A stretch of DNA of 64,000 nucleotides from assembly GCA_021613535.1 (NCBI GenBank), contig CP075493.1, positions 14,880,001 to 14,944,000 of the forward strand, in the 5' to 3' direction. Source of the stretch: Adineta vaga (lineage: Eukaryota > Animalia > Rotifera). Below the pieces are notes generated by a model. It saw only the letters and a program-made list of their open reading frames with translations, ran no database searches and was not told the origin of the DNA. The translations under genes and the position numbers were made by a program. This document shows positions 24,701-37,699 of this stretch, one piece after another; position 1 is the first letter of the stretch; the number at the start of each line of letters is the position of its first letter.

Positions 24701-26512
24701 GTGTTAGTGAGAAGTTCAAGAGTGAATTTGAACTGATCTTTATTACAACATTTACCATTCCATGCGATTATATTGTAAGTTGGATTGAGTGGATCGAAAT
24801 GATCTTTATAGAAATGACCATATGTATCAATACTACTATTACAACTAATAATATAGAAATCATTTCGATTGACTTTGACTTGAATGGCTTCATAATAGTA
24901 GTCTGAATCATAGAATCTAACACGAGAGAATGTTGCATGATCTGTTGTTAATATCGATGAATAAATCGTTTGAATGATTGACGGGACATTTACTAATTGA
25001 GAAACACTATTTAACTTCTATATATATATATATATTATTAAGACTGCCAAGTATTGTCAATAAACAACTATTTTTTCTAGAAAATTCTAAATACTGTCAA
25101 TTTTATTTAACCAAAGAAGAATATTTCGTTCTTTACTGAAAAAAAATGAATAGGTATCAATCAGATATATTCATTTATTTTCTAATACTTCACATACTCC
25201 TTAATATAATAAACATTTGAGATCAATATCATTTAAATAGCAATCCTATTTGAATAGATATTAAAATGATGAATAAAATACTTCGTTATCTTTAATTGGA
25301 TTAATATTAAAACTACTTTACTTAGATGCTTCATATTTACCACAAGAATGTTCTAGTACATCAAATTTTTGAATTCGATCGTTCATTCGATCAGCAACAA
25401 ATATGTTTCCGTAGCTATCAAAACAAAAACCATATGGAGTATGTAGTTGATTAGAGCGTGAACCTCTATGATTAGTACATCCAACTAAACATCGAAAACT
25501 ATTTGGTCCTGATCCAACTATACGATCATATTCAGTATCCATAATGAAAAGATATCTTTCAGCATCTAATACAACTGTTTCTGGAAAAAAAAGTCTAATT
25601 GTAATATCTGCTGAATTTTCTCCTACTACTGTTTTTCCAATTGATTCTCCAGATGGAAAGAGTTGAATTCGATCATTGGCCTTATCTGCCACGTATAAAT
25701 CAAAATTTGTATCGACAAAGATTCCTTTAGGCCGCCATAGGTCATCACGAGGAAAATGTGCTTGATCTGAGCCTACTATCACTGTTACTTCCGATTCACT
25801 ATCATTCAACTGTCTTTTTACAACTTGATTTTCCCAAGACATTGAACAATATATAGTATTTTTGATGTCGATAAAGATACTATCACATGTCGAATCAAAT
25901 TTCATGACTTGAACAAAGGTATTTGAATTTGACATCCATTTATCAGTTCGATTGTCTTGATTACTGATATAAATATCACCAATGTTGGTAACAAATATCG
26001 AGGTTAAAGAGATGTTTTTCTCATCACTAATTGTAATAGGTTCAGTCCTGTCCTTATACCATACTAGAATTTGGTTTTGTTGTGCATTTACAGTATAAAC
26101 CGTATTATTTGTATCGATAAATATAAGTGAAGGTAGAATTCCAATTATTTTCCTGTTTACAAAAGTGGATGCATCCAGATTCCACTTAACTGTCGAACAG
26201 AATTTTGGTTGATTGAACGAATATGCTACGATGAAAACAAGAAATTCCGGTCAAAACTTAATAAATATATTTTGATATTCATCAATCAAATAAGTTTTTT
26301 GATAAAACGACAATTCAAAAATACAAATGAATTGACTTTTGACGAAATTAGTAACCAGTTTCTTGAATATCTGACAATATTAGCTTTTCATCAAATGCGA
26401 ATATATCTAGACGAAGTTTTCTGAATGAAAAAATAGTCGACTTACCTGCTATCTTATTGATTATGATTACAAAGAGAATAACAATAATATCGGGATTCTT
26501 GCTTATCGACAT
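21762..26512 (-). CDS. NHL-repeat + three tandem ~130-aa PPC-like modules + rhodopsin-like 7TM receptor, 6 exons
   Basis: Exons 26512-26446 (signal-like), 26225-25341 (SFNQPKFC...NHL repeats), ~24992-24603, ~24299-23907, 23845-23459 and 22852-21762 (7TM: NACVAIERA, IHEP, LLLSLPRL). All junctions are GT-AG and phase 1. Confidence 0.82.
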
Positions 26513-27273
26513 ACTGCATAGAATTTCTTATTTAATATGAAGTATATACTGAGAAGAAAAGTGAACGGTATGTAGTAAGTAATGAATGAGATTTCTACAA
26601 TATTTATATCTCTCGTTCTTCTCATTATTGACACGCATGATATTCGAACATTCTTTAAATCAAAACAACATATACATGTCAATGAATAGGAAAGGATTTT
26701 CCATAAATATATATTACAGACCATTACTAAAGAGAGAGTTATGAAAGCAGATGACTTTGGAAGAAAATCAAATATTTACGAATAGAATATGTTAAGAATG
26801 TGTCAGTTTCATATATCAATGTCAGTATAGTTTTTATTGTATCGTGTAAAAGTATTCGTCAGTTATCAAGTCATGATAGTGTCTGAAAAGTGTTTTGATC
26901 AATTGAAAGTCATAAATATAACGAAGTAAATAGGTAGACATTGTTTCACTGAAGAAAAACGAACTCTATCGTTATAGAATAGTGCATATATAACGATGTA
27001 TGTAATAATTTCTTAACTGATATCATTCGCTCATACTTATTGCTATGAGTCCAATAATTACTACTTTCAATACCCACACCCACACTCTTTTGTTATTACA
27101 ATATTGTGATATCTGTAAAATAAAATATTTTGAATCAATATTCACACTACCACAGAACGAATTTAATTCAACTATTTTTCTGTTTTTCATCGAAAACGAA
27201 GTCGAGGCGGATTAAGTGATTAAAAATGAAATTAATCAATTTTCATGGAATTACTTATTGCTTTTTTTACATA

Positions 27274-28537
27274 GGGTAGTCAGTAAGTTCTCGGAACTTC
27301 AAATATTTATTCACAGAGAAAAGATTTTTATAATCTTTTTACAGTAAATGTTCGAAGTAGTCCCCATGATGTTCAATACAAAGTTTCATCCTTTGAATCC
27401 AATATTGAAATGTTGTTTTGTATTCATCAATAGGTGTCGAATTGAGCACCTCGGTTATTGCTTTACGTAAACTTTTAGCATCTGGATATGTACCAAGATT
27501 ACGTTTCAGATAATTGAATAACCAAAAATCCGAAGGAGCAAGATCTGGTGAATAAGGTGGATGAGACATAAGATTGATTTTTTCTTCTTGAAGATAATCA
27601 AAAACAATATTATTGGTATGAGGTCGAGCGTTGTCATGATGAAGCTTAATACCATGTGTTGTTGATAGTGGTCTTTTCTTGCGTAACTTTCGAATCAAAC
27701 TTTTTAAGCATTCATCACGATAATATAAGGCATTGATAGATGTTCCTGGTGGTAACTGATGAACAAGCAATGGCCCAGTTGTCATAAAAAAAGATAACAA
27801 ACATCGTTTTTGCTTCGAATTGTTGTCTTCTGACTTCCGTTGGAGGGTGTTGTCCTTTCAATAACCATGCTTTTGAAGCTTCTCTTGATTTAATTTTACG
27901 ATGATAAAACCAACTTTCGTCACCGGTAACTATATCACCTAATCTCCATGTTCGATTTTCAAATTTCTTTAAGTTTTCAATGCAAATATCCATACGTGTT
28001 TGTCGTTGTTGTTGAGTGAGCATATGAGGCACCCATCTTGAAGATACTTTTTTTAGTTTAAGCAGTTGTTTGAGAATTGTGTCAACACTACCATGTGATA
28101 TGTCCAACATGTCAGCAATATAATCTATACTAATATGTGGATCATCTTGCACCAGACATTTCACAGCAGCAATATTTTGTTGAGTAACGACGGTTATTGG
28201 TCGACCAGTTCGAGGATCATCGATGAACCCAATTAGCAACTGTACTATATGAAACAGCATCTGGTCCATAAGCACCAGTTAATTCTTCATAAATTTGTGT
28301 AGCATTGAAACCCAACAAAAATCGAGTTTATATATATGAACGAATAACTAGTTTTTCCATGTGAAAAAAGTGATACTGAAATATTTCATTAACGGTCTAA
28401 CCTAATTAACGGTTATAAAACATCGTATTGGTGTTTCAATACACAACAGATGTCCCTACTAGAATATAACAACAGAACGGATAAAACTAATTAGGGTGAA
28501 AATTTAAGTGACGATTACGAGAACTTATTGACTACCC
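27274..28537 (-). mobile_element. Tc1/mariner DNA transposon (mariner, DD34D), defective
   Basis: Terminal inverted repeats gggtagtcagtaagttctcggaa (from 27274) and ttacgagaacttattgactaccc (to 28537), 2 mismatches, each flanked by TA. Ends could be 4 nt further out. Confidence 0.93.
27339..28360 (-). pseudogene. Mariner transposase, inactivated
   Basis: WVPHML, IVTGDESW, HHDNARPH-(34)-HPPYSPDLAPSD. In-frame TAA at codon 11, a deletion/frameshift after WVHR (~28222) and a homopolymer frameshift at ~27790. Confidence 0.92.
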
Positions 28538-28680
28538 TATATAGATCTAATCAAGAGTATAAAATGTGATTTCGCGAAAATATTACATTTTGATATTACT
28601 CTTTGTAAAGCGTCGGCTACCTTTTTATTTTAATGAAAAAATAAATATTTGAATTCTTTATAGATTTCTCCAAACTGATC

Positions 28681-29594
28681 ATGCAATTAACAACCATTTT
28701 TGTTCTTCTTCTTCTTCTAATTTCACTAGTACATACAACTATATTTGAGACTGATGCAACCAAATTAATTAAACTACCGTTTATGAATATTGAGTCTCAT
28801 ACAGAGAAGGTAATACATCAGGCTATGGCATCGAAACTTCATTCTTGGACTAATGAAAACACTGTATCACAAACAAAAAATGTCTTTGGTATAGATAAAC
28901 AAACACCGGTAACAAGTAAGAATTATCCTTGGAGAGCGATCGGCAAATTAAGTACTGGTTGTACAGGAACATTGGTTGTAAATATTTCGTAATATAGCTG
29001 ATATGAAAACGTATCGGTTTTGAAGATGTAGGGACCCAATCTCGTTCTAACAGCTGCTCATTGTATAATCGATCCAAAAACACAAGCTCTGGTTAACTAT
29101 GCATTCTTTTTCTATGCAAATATGATTGATGGTAATACCAATCATCAAGCTTGGGTGTCACATGCTTGGTGGGGTTCAAATTATCCTGGTAAATTTCGTG
29201 AGAGAGATTGGGCACTTCCAATTGGGCGATACTCAAGGTTGGCTTGGTGTACGAAAAGAATCTGTCGATACAATGAAGAGTACACGTGGTACACTAGTTG
29301 GCTATTCAGCCGATTTTCAACAGGGTAAAACAGCTGGTGTACGTGTCAATTGTAGTTTAACTAAGGAAGCGGAAACTGATTTTTATCTACACAATTGTCA
29401 TATGACAAGAGGAGCTAGTGGTGGACCAATATTTGCATATCGGAATAATTCACCATATATATAATGCACTCAACGTAGCTGAATATCGGAATGATGGCGA
29501 TACTAGTTTGCATTTGTCACATTATACTGATACCAATGCTAATATTGCCATCTGGTCAGAAGAACTCTACAATAAAATTGTTGAGTTGAAATAG
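28681..29594 (+). pseudogene. Secreted trypsin-like serine protease of bacterial V8/glutamyl-endopeptidase type; 1 intron, frameshifted
   Basis: Signal peptide, then YPWRAIGKL..GCTGTLV|GPNLVLTAAHC, RDWAL and RGASGGP (H-D-S triad). Intron 28978-29031. Deletion/frameshifts near 29218-29226 and 29460. Confidence 0.82.
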
Positions 29595-29939
29595 ACATAA
29601 ATATCAATAAAAATTCTAAGAAAAATGTCTTTTAAACAGACACATAATCTTAGAACAAAACTAATGATTGTGTGAATTTAAGTGAGTAAAAGTTCCGTTA
29701 TTGCTTCATTCAGTCTTACTGTCAAACATACTCGAGATATAAATATCAATCGTTGCGGTCAAGTAATATGATCTGTCGACTGACATAAGCAGTTCGTCAG
29801 AAGCACACCGTCTGCACGCGGATTCAAAGAATTTCTTTTAAATCAACAACAAATTTACATCATACGATTGTCTTGTAACTATTGCGTATATAAGAAGGAG
29901 CATTGTGTGTTATAATTTATTCACTATTCTTTAATTATA

Positions 29940-30927
29940 GAGTGAACGCATCGACCTCGAGTATCGTTGACGAAGTATTACAGTTTCGTTTCTGTTTGCT
30001 ATTACAAAACTGGGTACTCCACACGAACTCTATATATCAGGAACTATGTTTTGGCATCAAGATAATTCAAAATTCGAATGATAATCATGCTTCTTGAATG
30101 ATATGCTCATCTCTCTTCATTTTTAGCTGCGTTGTGGAGTATTGCATCACTAGTAACTGCATTTATTTTTATGCCTAAGTTTCGTGAAATGAAATTCACA
30201 CGTGTCTACGAGGTTGAAACTTTTCTACACATGTCACAAAATAGAAACATGAAAAGGTCTTTATTAGTATCTAGAGAAGCGTTTTGATCGAGTCAAAATA
30301 TGTCAATATAAACGATACATTAACGAGTTTTGAAACTATATTGTAGCTACGGGATTAAACAAATGGCTTTCGGTCATTTCTATCAATATTGTTTGTATTT
30401 TTATTCATCAATAGTATGTAGGGTGGAATAAAAGCAATTCTTTGTACGGATGTTTTACAAGGATTGGTCACTTATGTTGGTGTTTTTATGTTTTAAATTG
30501 CTCATCAAAGTAGTTGTATTGAATTTGATAAGTATATTCAGCGAGAAATGAACAGATATAAAATTCATTCATTTAGCGTGAGTTTTGATCCTCGAACACA
30601 TCGTACAATTTTGTCGATTTCGATTGGTAATACTTTTAATGCACTAATGATGTGTGACCTCAATCAAATCATGGAGCACAAAAAGAACTTTTCATTATTA
30701 CAGTTGGTGTTGCTACCTCCGTACTTGCGTCATATAGCATTATGGAAACATTGGGTAATAAGAAGGGTATACCAGGTTTATTTCTTGCTTGTGTTTTTTC
30801 TGGTGCGCTTTCAACTATTTCATCTGAATTGAATAGTATGACAGTAATTATGATTGAAGATATTTACAAAGGATTAATGCGACAACAATTAAGCGTGAAA
30901 CAGCAAGACTATGTATCGAAACTATAG
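29940..30927 (+). pseudogene. Sodium:solute symporter (SLC5A6/SLC5A8-like) remnant
   Basis: Fragments GTPHELYISGTMFW, FMPKFREMKFTRVYE, YLEKRFD, GGIKAILCTDVLQ and GIPGLFLACVFSGALSTISS..NS. Large internal deletions. Confidence 0.82.
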
Positions 30928-31863
30928 TCTCAGTTATGATAGATTTATGTAAAGATTTTACTTTTATCGAATAATCCTGACTTTGTAGATGTGCACCTCT
31001 GGATATAATATAGAAACTAATTCCATAAAATGCTTCAGATCTCTTTTATATGTCAATATACATATATTGACGTTGCAAATGTAAATGATAGTCACATCGT
31101 TAGTTAGAAATTCCAATCAAAATTTATATTTTATATATTTTTCTATTGTGTTCATAGAATGACAAATTTAACACTTAGATCAATACATAATACATTGAAT
31201 CAACAAAGTGACATGTAAAATTAAATTCTTTCTTCACAGGATACGGAAATCAGAAGATCACAACATCATGTCATCGACAAATCTTATCACTATCTGGAAA
31301 TGACTTCATTTCACAATGATTCATGTATAATATAATTCATTTTTTATGGTTTTATTTAATTTATTTCTTTTCACCTCTATTTCTACTAATAGTTTTTTTT
31401 CTTGACAATGTGTATAAGAATTGATAGAAAAAATCCAGCAACTGATTACCTCTATTGAAACATTAGTATATGCGATTGTAATTGTGAGTACGTGATTTTT
31501 CTCGAAGTTTTTCTTTCACTGTTTACTGAAATGTTTTAATCTAGCTAGATCATGTTCGTTGAAGTAAATCTCAAACAGGAAGGAAGAAAAAATATAGATA
31601 CAGTAAAGAAAATTGTTAGTTTTCTTTTATTTTTAATTGAGATAAAATAGTCATTACCTGATTTTGTCAAAAGAGCTATTTATTATCGATCATTTACTTT
31701 TTTCGTTCTTGGAGAATGGATAGAAGGAGACCTTTATTTTTATGTTCATCTTGAGTTATTTTTACTCCTTCAATAAAATATTTCTTCTGCTAGTTGAATA
31801 TTATACCTAGTCGTTTTCTGTTAATCAGATATCATAATTGTTATATGGGAAAATTCAATTGAA

Positions 31864-32960
31864 ATGCGATTTTATGCATTAGTTTATTATATTTTATTTT
31901 ACTAAAGAAATTCTTCAATCGAGTAGTATTGCGAGGCGTACTGGTGAATTCGACGATAAATTACAAAGAGAAATCAATAATGAATGGTCGACGATATTTT
32001 CTAAATTACACATCTAGTCAATGGGAAGAGACATGGTACAAGAATATTGACGAATATCAGAAGAATGTTTGTGAAAGATTATATTGAATAGTGAAAATCT
32101 AAACAAAACTATTCGAATGATCGAACTACAACGTTTTGGAAGAAATAAAACGAATAGTAAATTAAATAAATCTTACGATCTATTTTCACGTATGTTTTAT
32201 CGTATGAAACATGTCAACATTCTCAGTCTAATATATCATTAAAAGATGTCGATATTTCATATTTGATTGAGCCTCTAATCGGATTATTACGAGATCCATT
32301 TAGTATTTGTCCTCGTATTAATTCCACATCAATTCCAAAGGTCGTATATGAAGGAGCTGTTGTACAATCAAAACGATCCATTTTACTATTAATTGCAGCT
32401 CCATCTTTCATAGATTTATCGTCTACTCAACTTATAAACTTTGGGAACAATTGGAATAAAAAGGACAGTAATGTATTTCCTTGGATTTATCGGCGTACAA
32501 CAGAAATCAAGCATCCAAAGGTTATCTTATTAGATTTAGGTAGTTCGTATTTTGATACATGGGGTAGTGATATAACTGCTGCTTCTAGTTTATGGTTGCA
32601 TGAATATTACAAATGTTTCAATGTCAAATTTGATCGTATCATTGCTTTCGAATATGGACCATTAGCTCGAAAAACTGCATGGAACCAGTTACCGAATGAT
32701 GTATTTTCTATTTATACTCTTATTAATGTTGGTATTGAATCAAATGGTAAAGTCAGTCCATGGACAATGTTACAAGCTATTGTTCAACCAGATGATCATG
32801 TAATTGTTAAATTAGATATTGATGCACCTATTCTTGAGAACGTCTTAATCAATCAATTATTAAATAATTCAAAGATACATTCATTAGTTGATGAACTTTG
32901 TTTTTGAACATCATATTACTGTTAATTAACTGATGCCTTATTGGTAACGTCCTGGATGAA
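31864..32960 (+). pseudogene. FkbM-like methyltransferase-related protein (algal/protist-type), frameshifted
   Basis: IEPLIGLLRDP, ILLDLGSSYF, FDRIIAFE, HVIVKLDID, and VDEL.FEHH split by a frameshift at ~32900. The 5' part is also disrupted. Confidence 0.6.
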
Positions 32961-33171
32961 GTTTAAAAGACTCTTATACACTATTTCTAATTATCTATAC
33001 AATGATCAGTATTGAAGTTTTACATTGTAAAAGAATCAATTTGTGATACCGATGACCCTAACGTACTTTAGCCAGCGCGAGTGCGTACGAGAACATCGAG
33101 AACAGCAAGAACGGATCCTTTTCTTTCCTTTCCTTTGAAATAGTGTGAGTCATAGGTCACTTGTAACTGCC

Positions 33172-33180
33172 TATATAAAG
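33172..33180 (+). promoter_or_regulatory. TATA box of the O-methyltransferase gene
   Basis: tatataaag lies ~50 nt upstream of ATG 33224, preceded by a relatively GC-rich stretch. Confidence 0.5.
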
Positions 33181-33223
33181 CACGCTGTTATTTCATTCAA
33201 ATAACAACAATTATCTTCAAGCC

Positions 33224-34033
33224 ATGCCTGAACACAACAATACATCCGGAAACAAATCACAAGAGTCTTCAGACCCAATTGATCGTTATGTTATGGATCA
33301 TTCTCTTCGTTTAATAGCTGAACAAAAAGAAATCATCGAATACACAAAATCTTTACCAGGTAAGAGAATTTCTTCTGACAATCGTAAAAATCTATTCAAC
33401 ATACGTCTTATTTTCATCTAGGTTATTTATCACGAATGCTTGGATCTCTTGATGAAGCACAATTCTTTCAAGTTATCATTCAATTAATGGGATTTAAACG
33501 TTGCAGTAAGTTTCTTTCGACTTTTATTCAATATTTAAAAATTTAATAATTTTTTTTCTTCTTTTGTAGTCGAAGTTGGAACATTTACTGGTTATACAGC
33601 ATTAACAATTGCATTAGCACTTCCATCAGATGGCCAATTAATTGCATGTGATATAAGTGATGAATATATTCGTCAAGATCTTTGGAAAAAAGCAGGTGTA
33701 GACAAGAAAATTACATTGAAAGTTGGACCTGGTGTTGAATCATTAAAGCAATTGTTAAAAGAAAATGGTCCTGGATCATTTGATTTTGTTTTTATTGATG
33801 CTGATAAAACGAATTATTTGAATTATTATCAATTAGCAATGGAACTAGTTCGTTCGAATGGTTTAATTGCAATCGATAATACACTTTGGGATGGAAAAGT
33901 GATTGATGAATCAGATACAAATGAAAATACAGTTGCTATTCGACAAATTAATGATTTTGTACGTGATGATCAACGTGTTGATATAAGTTTCTTACGTCTT
34001 GGTGATGGAACAACACTTTGTCGAAAGAAATAA
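33224..34033 (+). CDS. SAM-dependent O-methyltransferase family 3 (caffeoyl-CoA OMT/COMTD1-like), 3 exons
   Basis: Exons 33224-33359, 33422-33505 and 33570-34033 splice in frame. IEVGTFTGYTAL, FDFVFIDADKTNY, IAIDNTLWDGKV, GDGTTLCRK. Confidence 0.93.
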
Positions 34034-35103
34034 ATCGAACAGAATTCATTTTCAAGAAAGGAAAGAAAAAGGATTTTTCTGTTTTTATTCAAATAAATAA
34101 AGTAGAACTGATGTTTTTCGTTCATTTTATCATCTAAATCATAGTGTGAGAGTAGTTAGTACGATTTTTACCTAAAGCTTTTCAGAATCTTAACAAAAAA
34201 AAACGATTAAACATAAGAAACGCGTGGAAACAAGACATCTGTAACTGATCGATTCATATTGAGACATAGAATTTCAATTTAATATATTCTCTTTCTATAT
34301 TACAACCAACTCAACTGGTTTGATCGATCAAATTATACACATACATTCTTATCTGTTGCAGTCATTATTATTATCATATTATACTTATTTTCTTATCAAA
34401 GTTATTGGAATTACAAAGATATACTTCGCTTTTTACGCATTCGATGTTTTTTCTCATGTTAATTAACTTTTGTATCAAACAAACAAAGAACAATACTTAA
34501 ATTAAAATATTGTGCTATTGTACGATTCGCACATGTTTGTTATGTTATTACTCTAGATATTATTTTATTATAAAATGAATTATTAAACAGAAAACTATGG
34601 GTGAATTTTATTCGTAAGATTGAATTCAATGATTTCAGAAAAGAAGTAAAAAACTTATTAATATCGATAAAAACATTATTTACGTTCATTGTGTCATTTA
34701 TTTATCTTCGAACAATAGTTTATCACGAGGTATCTGTGGCTTGAACTGGTTTTTGACAGTCAGGGATAGCTGCTGATATCAGATTAGCAAGCTGTGTTTT
34801 CGTTGCAGTGATCTTAGATTTTTGACAATGCTTGGCGGCATCCAAATATTTTTCCGCGATCGATGTAGCTTCAGCAACTAACTTATCACGTGCCAATTGA
34901 TCCATCGAATATATAGCAATCTAATATAAGACTTGATATGAACACATTAATTAACACTAAAAAGAAAATTCGATATCAACATTCATAATATAAAAGCTTT
35001 TGACGCAATTCCTTTGGGATTGAAAATGTGAAACACGATAGATCTGTTTTTATTGATAGTGAGGATGAGTGTCGGCTATCCTCATCCACGTCGAAACCCT
35101 CAA

Positions 35104-35228
35104 GATGGAGTCATTGAATCAGTCGGTCATGCTTGTAGGAAGTCCCGAGTCTGTCACGCCTGTGATGGGACCTGTGAAAGTGTCGGTTATATCTGTGATA
35201 GAGTTTTGAGTCTGTCGGTCACGTCTGT
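35104..35228. repeat. Degenerate ~33-bp tandem repeat (about 4 units), GC-rich relative to flanks
   Basis: Units: gatggagtcattgaatcagtcggtcatgcttgt / aggaagtcccgagtctgtcacgcctgt / gatgggacctgtgaaagtgtcggttatatctgt / gatagagttttgagtctgtcggtcacgtctgt. Confidence 0.65.
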
Positions 35229-36153
35229 GTGGGGAGGGGCGTCCAAATTTCTACCCTTAAACACTTCAACACTCTCTTTCAGATCGTGTTTCACAAAAGA
35301 GGGATATTCATATAGTTACTCGGAAAGATAAGTTGAATGAAATCTCGCTAAACAATATTATTCAGTTTCTGTCATTGAATTTCTAAAAATATCTTTCATT
35401 TGTTTAAATTATACAACAATAAGTCAAATATAAAAAATGGTTTGAATTTACTTACCTTGACGTAAGGAATAGATGAATCAAACATGCCAGTTGACATATT
35501 TATATAGGGAGATCTGTTACACGATCGAAAGTATCGAATTCTTCGAAAACATGTACATAAACGCAATGAAATAGAATTAATATTAAACATTCATAATGAA
35601 ATTAATATGAATATAAGCCTGGAAAGAAAAGATTGATACTTTTCGGCGACATTCCTACCTTTATTTTATTCTTTTCGCTGAAAAAAGAATCGCTGTCAAA
35701 CATAATTCAATATGAAAACGAAACGCAAAAATATTTACATATTGTTTATTTATAACATGACAGAAGTCAACTGATCAATGAAGTTATTCAATACTTATTT
35801 TTATACTATTTCAATGTATCGGTTTTTTTCTCTAAATAGTTTATTAATATTAAAGAGATAAACATAACTCTATAATCTTTCTTTTATTCATTTTACATTT
35901 AATTTGTATAACGAAAAGCTTTTATATTGCGATGTTTCATTTTGATTTCTTAGAAAAAAAACGAATATATCGTCATTACAATATCTAAGTACATCTTTTA
36001 ACTTTTCGAAGAATAGAAAAAGAAAATATATGCATGGCGTTAAAGTCAAAAACAAAATTATATATTCATCACATACTTTCTGTATCTCATCGACAACAAC
36101 ATTTATAAAGTTTGAATAAAACAGAGAAATGAGTCAAGAAATGGTTATGATAA

Positions 36154-36606
36154 TCATTCAAATTGCGCCGTATATTTCAATGAATTTAGAGCATATCTTG
36201 CGAGCAAATTACCAGTGGCAATATCTCCGTTGTTTTTATATTCGATGGCTTGTTGATAGAAACTTAGCATACTTTTCATACACAGATGACGCATCAATTC
36301 TTTTTCACTGTGAACAAGTTTGATATTTGTCAGACAGGAAGTATTTTTCAAATTGAACTTTTTTTCGGTACAAAGAATATACATTGCAGTGACGGGAATA
36401 TCATTAGTCAGCATATCCAACTCAGCGAACTGATCCGATGGAGAAACAATTATAGGAGGTGGTGAACAAGCTGCTGTTAATGCTGCTTGAAATTCAATCA
36501 AAGTCGAACAATGGATGATTGGATTGGTTAAGCTTGCAGTTGCAAGATGTGGCAGTTGATAAATAATTATTGAGACAATTTCTGGCAGACAAGTTGAGTT
36601 GCACAT
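36154..36606 (-). CDS. Hypothetical 150-aa protein
   Basis: ATG-initiated intact ORF with globular composition and a helical TPR-like tail (YQQAIEYKNNGDIATGNLLARYALNSL). No family recognised. Confidence 0.55.
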   Translation of the reverse strand: MCNSTCLPEIVSIIIYQLPHLATASLTNPIIHCSTLIEFQAALTAACSPPPIIVSPSDQFAELDMLTNDIPVTAMYILCTEKKFNLKNTSCLTNIKLVHSEKELMRHLCMKSMLSFYQQAIEYKNNGDIATGNLLARYALNSLKYTAQFE

Positions 36607-37699
36607 CGTTTCAAAATTAGTTTTTATTTCTGATAAAATTAAAGTAATAATAATTTATTTAAAAGTTTCTCAAAACAAGACCTATTAAAAATACTGTTTT
36701 ATGCGTGCTAAACAGCACTATAAGTTAACATAACTGTTTTTTATCTATTTTAAAAATATTATCCAATCTAGCAGAATTCTTTGTCTTTGTTTCAAATCCT
36801 AATAGCACTGATGTAACGAGGATTTAAACAATGGACAAACTTCCAAATGAAATAGGCACTTATCTGCTTGTTTACCTTTAAGTTACGCCATTGCTTACTA
36901 CATACTCCATATTATTTTAGACTTCTGGAAATTTCCTGTAAGAAATTAGTTATCATATGTTGCTATCATCCCTTTAATTTACTGTTTTTACAAGCATACT
37001 GAGATATGAATAGTGCAACAGAGACAAAAATGACATAAAAATATATACAGAATTACTTACCAGACATAGATATGATGTGCATTATTTGTTATTTTATAAC
37101 CGACTCTTTTTATATGCATAAGTGAACGGTTTTCCGCGAAATCGTTTGTCAACAGTTCGAATACAATTTACAAACTTTTAAATGCTTGAAGAAGTTGGTA
37201 GGTGGATGATAGAGAGTTTTTTGTTTTGTTTTTCATCTCGAAAAAATCATCGAAATAATGTATTTTTCTTGGAAATTTAGAAAATCTGAAGCGTGTTTAT
37301 ATTAGAGTCTATTGCCGCCATAATCATACAAAGGCAGGTTTGTCTTCTTTATATATTAATTAATCAAGTTGAAGGATATACAAATTACAAGGCTTACGTA
37401 AGTCCTGTTTGTTTCTTTCTGAAAACTTTAAACAATTCTATAAGCTATTAAATTTATTTTTAATCGAGTCAACTTGTATATCAGTAATCCTTCGACGTCG
37501 TCTTAAAAACAAAAAATAAAAAATTCACTTTTCATCGTGCAGATATCGGTTCGTCATAAAGTATCAACATAGTACGAGTTATTATAATGCCGAGAGAGAG
37601 TAAGAAACAAATGAAGATATATTTTTTATATATTTTTCTGGAATAAATAACTTTAAACATATATAGACAGAAAATTAGTATGTTTAAATTGAAAGATTC

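Noticed and set aside
24610-24906. Plus-strand 98-aa ORF and similar antisense ORFs (22519, 48939, 49437, 58831, 59526)
   Set aside because: These are shadows of real exons on the opposite strand.
35053-35331. CRISPR-like array or real 92-aa CDS in the repeat region
   Set aside because: Units are contiguous and degenerate with no unique spacers, there are no cas genes, and the context is eukaryotic. The ORF starts at a non-ATG codon.
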